A DNA stretch of 24,538 bases from positions 1 to 24,538 of the forward strand of contig JAVKIP010000030.1 in NCBI GenBank assembly GCA_031459385.1. The letters run 5' to 3'. This DNA is from Candidatus Fervidifonticultor secundus (GTDB taxonomy: Bacteria > Sysuimicrobiota > Sysuimicrobiia > Sysuimicrobiales > Humicultoraceae). Positions 17,019-24,538 of this stretch are shown piece after piece; the first letter of the stretch is position 1, and every line of letters starts with the position of its first letter. The notes below the pieces were generated by a model that saw only the letters and a list, made by a program, of their open reading frames with translations, searched no databases and was not told where the DNA came from. Position numbers and translations under genes: made by a program.

Positions 17019-18248
17019 ATGGGTGGGATGACGCGGCGGAAGTTCCTGGCGAGCGCGGCGGCGGGTGGCGCCGCCCTGGTGGTTCCCGACGTCCTGCGGG
17101 CCGCGGTGTACGCTGCCCCGCGGGAGCCGATCCGCGTCGGGTTCCCGGCACCCCTGACGGGGGCATTCGCCGACGAGGCCAACTACATGGTGCAGGGCGC
17201 GACCCTGGCCGTGGAGGAGTTCAACCGCGCAGGCGGCGTCCTCGGGCGCCCCGTGGAGCTGCTGGTGCGGGACGACCGGTTGAGCCCAGACGAAGGTGCC
17301 CGCCGCACGCTGGAGCTCATTGAGCGCGAGCGTGTGCACTTCCTCGCCGGCGTCCTGTCGGCGGCAGTGCAGCTGGCAGTCAACGAGCAGGCCAAGCGGC
17401 ACCGGAAGATCTTCGTCTCCACCAGCCAGTCGGACAAGATCGTGATGCCGCCTGACTTCGGCCCGTGGACGTTCCACGAGGCGCTGACCCCGACCATGAC
17501 GTCCACGGCCCTGGCCCAGTACGTCCTGCGAGAAGGGCGCGGCCGGCGGGTCTACATTCTCTATGCCGACTACGCGTACGGGCAGGAGCACACGGCGGCG
17601 TGGCGGCGGGTCGTATCCGCGACGGGCGCGGCGCTGGCCGGCGTCGACCCCCATCCCCTGGGCACCACGGACTACTCCGCCTACTTCCCCAAGATCGTGG
17701 CAGCGCGGGCGGACCTGCTGGTGCTGAACAACTTCGGGCGGGACATCGTGAACTCGGCCAAGCAGGCCGTGGAGCTGGGGCTCAAGCGGCGGATGCAGCT
17801 GGCCGTGCCCATCATTCCCACCTCGGCCGCCTTGGAAGCCGGACCGGAGGTGCTGGAAGACGTGCTGTGCGCGTCCAGTTTCTGGTGGGAGGTCCAGGAC
17901 CGGATCCCCAAGGCCAAGGAGTTCAATACCAAGTTCAGCCAGCGGTTCAACCGGGTACCGTCCGACTACGCCGCCTACGGCTACAGCGGCGTGCGCGAGC
18001 TGCTGGAAGCCGCCGAGCGCGCGCGGAGCACGGAGAGTGACGCGGTGGCCAAGGCTTTGGAGGGACGGCGCTACGCGCACTACAAGGACGGGCAGTACTG
18101 GCGCCAGTGCGACCACCAGTCGATCCAGTCCATCTTCCTGCTGAAGGGGCGCGGCGTCCCCAGGGGGTCGTACGGGCTGTTTGACGTGGTGGCGACGGTG
18201 GACGGGGAGCGCGTGACCCCCAGCTGCGAAGCGCTCGGTCACCGCTGA
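17019..18248 (+). CDS. LIV/HAAT ABC importer substrate-binding protein with twin-arginine (Tat) signal, about 409 aa
   Basis: MTRRKFLASAAAGGAALV fits S/T-R-R-x-F-L; GATLAVEEFNRAGGVLGRPVELLVRDD, ADYAYG, WRQCDHQ. Start ATG 17019 or 17028. Confidence 0.9.
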   Translation: MGGMTRRKFLASAAAGGAALVVPDVLRAAVYAAPREPIRVGFPAPLTGAFADEANYMVQGATLAVEEFNRAGGVLGRPVELLVRDDRLSPDEGARRTLELIERERVHFLAGVLSAAVQLAVNEQAKRHRKIFVSTSQSDKIVMPPDFGPWTFHEALTPTMTSTALAQYVLREGRGRRVYILYADYAYGQEHTAAWRRVVSATGAALAGVDPHPLGTTDYSAYFPKIVAARADLLVLNNFGRDIVNSAKQAVELGLKRRMQLAVPIIPTSAALEAGPEVLEDVLCASSFWWEVQDRIPKAKEFNTKFSQRFNRVPSDYAAYGYSGVRELLEAAERARSTESDAVAKALEGRRYAHYKDGQYWRQCDHQSIQSIFLLKGRGVPRGSYGLFDVVATVDGERVTPSCEALGHR

Positions 18249-18287
18249 CCTCGTGCCGTGGTCGTGAACCTCGTGCTGCGGTCATGA
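18248..18287 (+). repeat. Imperfect 20-bp tandem duplication filling the SBP-permease spacer
   Basis: ACCTCGTGCCGTGGTCGTGA (18248-18267) and ACCTCGTGCTGCGGTCATGA (18268-18287), 17/20 identical; the second copy contains the livH-type ATG. Confidence 0.75.
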
Positions 18288-19147
18288 GTGTCGAAGGGCT
18301 GCTGCTCCAGCTCATGACCGGCATCGTCGTGGGCGCCATTTGGGTCATCGTCGCCCTGGGCCTATCACTGATCTTCGGGATCCTGCGCATCGTTAACTTC
18401 GCCCACGGCGCCTTCTACATGCTGGGGGCCTACCTGGCCGCCTTGGCGGTGGGCTGGACGGGCAGTTTCTGGATGGCCCTCCTCCTGGCGCCGGCAGCCA
18501 TGGCGGCCTTCGGCCTGGTGGCGCAGTCCGGGCTGATCCGTCCCCTGTACCAGCGGGGGCTCGTCTACAGCGTGCTGATCACGTACGCCGTCTCCCTGGT
18601 GATCATCGAAGGCGTGAAGATGCTGTGGGGGACGGTAGGGCCACAGTACCGCATCCCGCGGGAGCTGGCCGGAATGGTCACGCTGGGGTTTGTCGTTTTC
18701 CCCAAATATCGGCTGTTCGTGCTGGCGGCGACGGGACTGACGGTGCTGGGGCTGTGGTGGCTACTGCACCGCACCTCCACCGGGCTGTTCATCCGTGCGG
18801 CGAGCCAGGATCCGCTGATGACGCAGGCGCTGGGGGTCGACATCTCCCGGGTCCTGGCCGTGGCTTTTGCCCTGGGCGTGGCCCTGGCAGGCCTCGGGGG
18901 AGCTCTAGCAGGCCCTCTCCGGGGGGTCTTTCCGGAGATGGGGCTGGACATCTTGGTCGAGTCGTTCGTGGTAGTGGTCATCGGCGGCATGGGGAGCCTG
19001 ACCGGTGCCGCAGTGGCCGGGTTACTGGTGGGGATCGTCCAGAGTTTTACGTTCCTGTGGGCTCCGTTGTTTGCCCATGTGGTGCTGTTCCTGTTGATGA
19101 TCGCCACCCTGTTGGTGCGGCCGCACGGCCTCCTGGGGACGGAGTGA
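18284..19147 (+). CDS. livH: LIV/HAAT ABC importer permease, LivH type
   Basis: ALGLSLIFGILRIVNFAHGAFYMLGAY, RTSTGLFIRA, FVVVVIGGMGS, LLVRPHGLLG. Confidence 0.92.
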   Translation: MSVEGLLLQLMTGIVVGAIWVIVALGLSLIFGILRIVNFAHGAFYMLGAYLAALAVGWTGSFWMALLLAPAAMAAFGLVAQSGLIRPLYQRGLVYSVLITYAVSLVIIEGVKMLWGTVGPQYRIPRELAGMVTLGFVVFPKYRLFVLAATGLTVLGLWWLLHRTSTGLFIRAASQDPLMTQALGVDISRVLAVAFALGVALAGLGGALAGPLRGVFPEMGLDILVESFVVVVIGGMGSLTGAAVAGLLVGIVQSFTFLWAPLFAHVVLFLLMIATLLVRPHGLLGTE

Positions 19148-19150
19148 CCG

Positions 19151-20166
19151 ATGCGCGCAGAGCTGGAGGCACGGTGGGATCTGAGCGTCCGGCGGAAGTG
19201 GCGCCAGGGAGCCCTGGCCACTGTGACGCTGCTGGCCCTGCTCCTGGCCCTGCCCCTGGCGTTGCCGTACGAAGCCCTGGCCACGCAGGTGCTGGTCTAC
19301 GCCCTTTTCAGCCTGGGCTACAACCTGCTGTTCGGCTACACGGGGCTGTTGTCGTTTGGGCATGCTGCCTTTTTCGGACTAGGAAGCTACAGCGCGGCGC
19401 TACTGGCGCGGCACGTCACGGCCAACGTCGCCCTGACCCTGCCGGCGGCTGTGCTCGTGGCCGCCGCCATGGGTGCCGTCATCGGGTTCTTCTGCCTGCG
19501 CCGCCGGGGCGACTACTTCTCGCTGATGACGCTGGCGTTCGGGCAGTTGCTGTACTTCGTCGCCCACCAGTGGCGCACGGTTACCGGCGGCGACGACGGC
19601 CTGCGGGGTATTCCGCTGCCCTCGGTGGCCATCGGCGGGTGGGCGGTCGACCTTACGACCTCCGTGGCCACCTACGCCTTGGTGGCCGTCCTGACGTTCG
19701 CCGCCTTCCTGGCGTTCCGGCGGCTGCTGGCGTCCCCCTTCGGTACCGCCCTGCAAGCCATTCGCGAGAACGAGCTGCGGGCGGAAGCCGTGGGCTACGA
19801 CACGTTCCGCCTGAAGCTGTGGGCATTCGTGCTCTCGGCTGGCATGAGCGGCGCTGCCGGCGCCCTGAACGTCTACCTCTTGAAGTTCGTCGGCCTCAAC
19901 AGTTTGCACTGGATCACCTCAGGCTACGTGGTGCTCATCACCATCCTCGGCGGTACAGGAACTCTCTACGGCCCCCTGGTGGGCGCGCTGGCCTTCGTCG
20001 GGCTGCAGGACGCCCTCAGTGGCGTCCCCGCCATCATGGATCGGTGGCCGTTCTTCGTCGGCCTGTTGTTCATTCTGTGCGTGTGGACCTTCCCGGAAGG
20101 CATTTGGGGAACCGCCCAGCGGGTCTACGCCCGCCTGCGCATCGCAAGCCCGGCGGGAGGCGAGCC

Positions 20167-20170
<4 letters not shown>
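19151..20170 (+). CDS. livM: LIV/HAAT ABC importer permease, LivM type
   Basis: GYNLLFGYTGLLSFGHAAFFG, YFSLMTLAF, TGGDDGL, SPFGTALQAIRENE, LGGTGTLYGP, PEGIWG. Confidence 0.92.
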
Positions 20171-20915
<745 letters not shown>

Positions 20916-20919
<4 letters not shown>

Positions 20920-21638
20920 CCGGCGAGATCCTGGTGCTCGAGGACCTGCACACCTACTACGGGAAGAGCCACGTGCTTCAGGGGGTCTCCTTCGGAGTCG
21001 GCAGAGGAGAGTTCGTGGCGCTGGTGGGCCGGAACGGCGTGGGGAAATCGACGATTCTCAAAACCGTCATGGGGGTGACGCCGCCCCGGGCCGGCCGGGT
21101 CCTGCTGGAGGGGCGGGAGATCACCGGCAGGCCACCCCATGAGGTATCGCGGGCAGGCATCGCCTGGGTGCCCGAAGACCGGCGGGTGTTGCCCCACCTG
21201 ACCGTGCTGGAGAACCTCCAGATCTCGCTGCACGGTGCGGGGGTGGGGCGGCACGAGGGGCAGGAGCGGTTGCAGGATGCGTTCGCGCTGTTCCCGCAGC
21301 TGCGGGAACGCCAGCACCAGAAGGGGCGGACGCTATCGGGCGGCGAGCAGCAGATGCTGGCCCTGGCCAGGGCCCTGGTGGTGCGCCCGAAGATCATGCT
21401 GGTCGACGAACCGACGCAGGGGTTGATGCCCAAGCTCGTGGCGGCCCTGGTGCAGGTGCTGTGCGAAATCCACTCGCGGGGAGTGACTGTCGTCCTGGTC
21501 GAGCAGATGGTGACAGTGGCGCTGGAGCTGGCCCGACGCATATACGTCATCGACCACGGGGTCGTCCGCCTGTCTACTACGCCTGACGGCATCCGGCAGG
21601 ATCCCGGCCTGATGCAGGCGCTCTTGGGCGTGTCGTAG
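20916..21638 (+). CDS. livF: LIV/HAAT ABC importer ATP-binding subunit, LivF type, 240 aa
   Basis: YYGKSHVL, GRNGVGKST, WVPEDRR, LSGGEQQML, LVDEPTQGL, VEQ; GTGA overlap at 20916-20919. Confidence 0.92.
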
Positions 21639-21647
21639 GAGGGACCG

Positions 21648-22412
21648 ATGGGACTCGCAGATACGGACTATCAGGATCACGTGGTGGTCGAGCTGCTGGG
21701 GAAACGGGTGCACGTGCTGGACCTCTCGCGCGAGATCGGGCCGGGCATCCCCGTCTACCCCGGGCACATGCGCGTGGCCACGTGGTGGCACCTGACCCAT
21801 GAAGACGTGAGGCGCTTGCGCCTGCCGCCCGACTCACCGTTCGGGGGGTATGGCGTGTTCGGCATTGCCATGTGCGACCACGTTTCCACCCACCTTGACG
21901 CGGTGTTCCACTTTGACGCCCGTCGGGCAGAGAAGTCCATCGACCGGGTGCCGCTAACGCAGCTCATCACCCCCGGGGTGTGGATCGACGTGAGCTGGGT
22001 GCCGCCGCGGCAGCATATCCGGCTGGCGGACGTGCAACGGGCGCTCCAGGAGGCGGGCACCCGCCTGCGGCCCGGGGTGACGTTGCTGTACCACACGGGC
22101 GCCGCGCGGTACTGGCGCGAGCCCTATCGCTTCCTCACGGAGTACCCCGGTCTCGACGAAGAAGCCAGTCGGTGGATTCTCGACCACGGCGTCGTGAACG
22201 TGTGCACCGATGCTCCTAGCACGGACAACCCTGCGGACCTCACCTATCCCAACCACAGGCTCCACGGAGAGCGCCAGGTGATCCACACGGAGATCGTGAA
22301 CAACATCGACAGGATTCCGCGCCACGACGGCTTCTACGTCATGTGCCTGCCTCTTCGTTTCGTGGGCCTGTCGGGCTCTCCGGTGCGGGCGCTGGCGCTG
22401 TGGGAGGAGTAG
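21648..22412 (+). CDS. Cyclase-family metal-dependent hydrolase (kynurenine formamidase/isatin hydrolase-like)
   Basis: DLS...PVYPG, HVSTHLDAVFH (variant of HxGTHxDxPxH), YPGL, TDAPSTD, H...E, GSPVRALA; AGGAGG SD. Confidence 0.88.
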   Translation: MGLADTDYQDHVVVELLGKRVHVLDLSREIGPGIPVYPGHMRVATWWHLTHEDVRRLRLPPDSPFGGYGVFGIAMCDHVSTHLDAVFHFDARRAEKSIDRVPLTQLITPGVWIDVSWVPPRQHIRLADVQRALQEAGTRLRPGVTLLYHTGAARYWREPYRFLTEYPGLDEEASRWILDHGVVNVCTDAPSTDNPADLTYPNHRLHGERQVIHTEIVNNIDRIPRHDGFYVMCLPLRFVGLSGSPVRALALWEE

Positions 22413-22454
22413 CCGGGCGGGCGCAGTGAGGACGACACGTTGGGGGTGATGCGC

Positions 22455-22640
22455 ATGCCGCTCATTCGGGTCACGTCTTTTCCGCAGGAGAAGGAGGCAC
22501 GCGCCGAGCTGGCTCAAGCCATCACTGACGTCGTGCATCGGGTGACGAAGATCCCCCGGGAAAGCATCTGGGTCATCTTCGAGCCCGTGCCCCATGAGAA
22601 CTGGTCGGTGGGAGGCGTCTTGGTATCGGAGAGACGGTAG
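22455..22640 (+). CDS. Tautomerase-superfamily protein (4-oxalocrotonate tautomerase-like, beta-alpha-beta), 61 aa
   Basis: Start re-called to ATG 22455 giving M-P-L-I (catalytic Pro-1); ELAQAITDVV...IWVIFE...ENWSVGG pattern and size match the family. Confidence 0.85.
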   Translation: MPLIRVTSFPQEKEARAELAQAITDVVHRVTKIPRESIWVIFEPVPHENWSVGGVLVSERR

Positions 22641-22651
22641 TCGGACCGCGT

Positions 22652-23416
22652 GTGGGCGGGCAGCGGTTCTCCCTGGCGGATCGGACGGCCCTGGTCACCG
22701 GCGGCAGCCGTGGCCTCGGCGAGGCCATCGCCGTGGGGCTGGCCGAGGCCGGGGCGGACGTGGCGGTGGCCGCGCGCAGCCGACCGGACCTGGAGCGCGT
22801 CGCGTCCCGCATCGGTGCCTGTGGCCGCCGTGCGGCTGTGGTGGAGGCGGACGTCACCCGGGTGGAGGACGCGCGGCGGATGGTGGAAGAGACCGAGGCG
22901 GCTTTGGGCCCGCTGCACATCCTGGTGAACAACGCGGGCGTCAACATTCCGCGCCTGGCGGTGGAGGTCACGGAAGAAGAGTGGGACCGGGTGGTGGACA
23001 CGAACCTGAAAGGTGTCTTCTTCTGCGCCCAGGCAGCGGGCCGGCGCATGGTCCAGCGGCGCTACGGCCGGATCGTGAACGTCGCGTCGCAGATGGGCCT
23101 GGTGGGCTTCTACTTCCGCGCGGCGTACTGCGCCAGCAAGGCGGGCGTGGTGAATCTGACCCGGGTCCTGGCGGTGGAATGGGCGCCACACGGCGTGACG
23201 GTGAACGCGGTGGCACCCACGTTTGTCGAGACGCCCATGACCCGCGAGATGCTGCAGGACCCGTGGTTTCGCGACGAGGTGTTTCGCCGGATCCCGGCAG
23301 GGCGGCTGGCTGACGCCCAGGATGTGGTCAGCGCCGTCGTCTACCTAGCGTCCGATGCGGCAACAATGGTGACAGGCCACACGCTACTGGTCGACGGCGG
23401 CTGGGTGGCATGGTAG
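22652..23416 (+). CDS. Classical SDR oxidoreductase, gluconate 5-dehydrogenase/KduD/HpsO-like, probably NADP(H)
   Basis: TGGSRGLG, AARS (basic residues, no Asp), NNAG, S...YCASK, VAPTFVETP, VTGHTLLVDGGW. Confidence 0.9.
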   Translation: MGGQRFSLADRTALVTGGSRGLGEAIAVGLAEAGADVAVAARSRPDLERVASRIGACGRRAAVVEADVTRVEDARRMVEETEAALGPLHILVNNAGVNIPRLAVEVTEEEWDRVVDTNLKGVFFCAQAAGRRMVQRRYGRIVNVASQMGLVGFYFRAAYCASKAGVVNLTRVLAVEWAPHGVTVNAVAPTFVETPMTREMLQDPWFRDEVFRRIPAGRLADAQDVVSAVVYLASDAATMVTGHTLLVDGGWVAW

Positions 23417-23433
23417 CAGGGAAGGAGGCCGAG

Positions 23434-24538
23434 GTGCGGGAGTACCTCAAGCGCGCGTCGCCCCAGCCCGCAGTAGACCGGCGGGCGGTGGAGGAGACGG
23501 TGCGTGGCATTCTGGAACATGTGCGCCGCGAGGGAGATGCGGCGGTGCGGGAGTACTCGCGCCGTTACGACCGCTGGGATCCACCCCGGTTCCGGGTGAT
23601 GCCCGATGAGGTGGAGCGGGCACGGCAGGCGTTGCCGCCGGCTCTCATAGACGACATCGCCTTCACCGCCCACCAGGTCCGTGAGTTCGCGCGCTGTCAA
23701 CTCGACACGCTCCGCCCGCTGGAGGTAGAGATGCGACCCGGTGTGGTCCTCGGACACCGGCACATCCCCGTGGCATCGGTGGGGTGCTACGTGCCCGGAG
23801 GCCGGTACCCGCTGATCGCCTCGGCGCTGATGAGCATCGCGACGCCCAAGGTGGCAGGGGTGGAACGCGTGGTGGCGTGCGCGCCTCCCCGCGGGGAGGG
23901 AATCTACCCGGCGACGCTGGTGGCGATGGCGGTCGCGGGCGCGGATGAGATCTACTGCCTGGGCGGCGTGCAGGCGCTGGCGGCCATGGCGTACGGCACC
24001 GCGGAGATCTCGCCGGTGGACATGATCGTGGGGCCGGGCAACCAGTACGTCGTGGAGGCCAAACGGCAGCTGTTCGGCGTGGTCGGGGTGGACCTGCTGG
24101 CGGGCCCCACGGAGATCCTGGTTATCGCTGACCACACGGCCGATCCGCACGTGGTGGCGGCAGACCTCCTGGGCCAGGCGGAGCACGATCCGGCCTCCCC
24201 TGCGGTACTGGTAACCACCAGCCGGGAGCTGGGGACGCGGGTGCTGGCCGAAATCGCGCAGCTGTTGCCCACTCTGCCCACGGCCGAGGTGATCGGGATC
24301 AGCTGGCGCGACCGGGGGGAGGTCGTTGTGGTCGATTCAGACGACGAGGCAGCAGCCGTCGCCGACGAGTACGCTCCCGAGCACCTAGAGGTGCAGACCC
24401 GCAACCCCGACTGGTACCTGCAGCGGCTCCGCAACTACGGCACGCTGTTTCTCGGCGAAGAGTCGACGGTCGTTTACTCCGACAAGGCTGTCGGGACCAA
24501 TCACATCTTACCCACCGGGCGGGCCGCGCGGTTCACCG
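23434..24538 (+). CDS. Histidinol dehydrogenase (HisD)-family protein, HpsN-like paralogue; 3'-truncated by the window end
   Basis: Not in the ORF track; translated by eye from GTG 23434 (AAGGAGG at 23422-23428): MREYLKRAS...GCYVPGGRYPLIAS...GGVQALAAMAYG...GPGNQYVVEAK...AGPTE...GQAEH...APEHL...SDKAVGTNHILPTG; open to the last base. Confidence 0.92.
   Translation, partial: MREYLKRASPQPAVDRRAVEETVRGILEHVRREGDAAVREYSRRYDRWDPPRFRVMPDEVERARQALPPALIDDIAFTAHQVREFARCQLDTLRPLEVEMRPGVVLGHRHIPVASVGCYVPGGRYPLIASALMSIATPKVAGVERVVACAPPRGEGIYPATLVAMAVAGADEIYCLGGVQALAAMAYGTAEISPVDMIVGPGNQYVVEAKRQLFGVVGVDLLAGPTEILVIADHTADPHVVAADLLGQAEHDPASPAVLVTTSRELGTRVLAEIAQLLPTLPTAEVIGISWRDRGEVVVVDSDDEAAAVADEYAPEHLEVQTRNPDWYLQRLRNYGTLFLGEESTVVYSDKAVGTNHILPTGRAARFT

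Noticed and set aside
15927..18248. Apparent large N-terminal extensions or fusions in the ORF track (15927..18248, 18625..20919, 20019..21638, 6900..8423, 7679..9385, 2545..3594)
   Set aside because: The extensions overlap the preceding genes in another frame; family-typical starts with SD sequences or ATGA/GTGA overlaps lie further downstream.
18248..18287. CRISPR-like repeat
   Set aside because: Only two directly adjacent copies, no spacer, no cas genes.
23434..24538. Histidine biosynthesis operon
   Set aside because: No other his genes in the window; DK instead of DY motif; catabolic context. Only the window is visible, so this is not fully excluded.

Overview
This is a high-GC bacterial window, probably from a diderm since it encodes a TolC-type outer-membrane channel. 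It has no mobile elements, structural RNA genes or CRISPR arrays, and falls into three blocks. (1) 47-6168 (+): 3-hydroxybutyrate dehydrogenase and a MaoC/PhaJ-type hydratase, then a split MacAB-TolC-type tripartite ABC exporter. (2) 6199-10863 (-): a complete LIV/HAAT-family ABC importer whose LivF-type ATPase has Asp in place of the catalytic Walker-B Glu. (3) 11131 to the window end (+): a tightly packed, apparently co-transcribed catabolic cluster I cannot match to a described pathway. It encodes a PaaR/KstR2-type TetR repressor preceded by a double operator-like inverted repeat, a divergent M24 'pita-bread' enzyme with altered metal and catalytic residues, a three-subunit xanthine-dehydrogenase-family molybdenum hydroxylase (not a CO dehydrogenase), a second LIV-type importer with a Tat-exported binding protein, a cyclase-family hydrolase, a Pro-1 tautomerase lacking the 4-OT arginines, an NADP-type SDR, and an HpsN-like HisD paralogue. 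The HisD paralogue runs off the window and is absent from the ORF track. My best inference is uptake and degradation of an N-heterocyclic or heteroaromatic compound; the substrate cannot be read from the sequence. Block 3 also appears to have less extreme codon bias than blocks 1-2. Most starts were re-called by eye from RBS position, gene overlaps and family N-termini.
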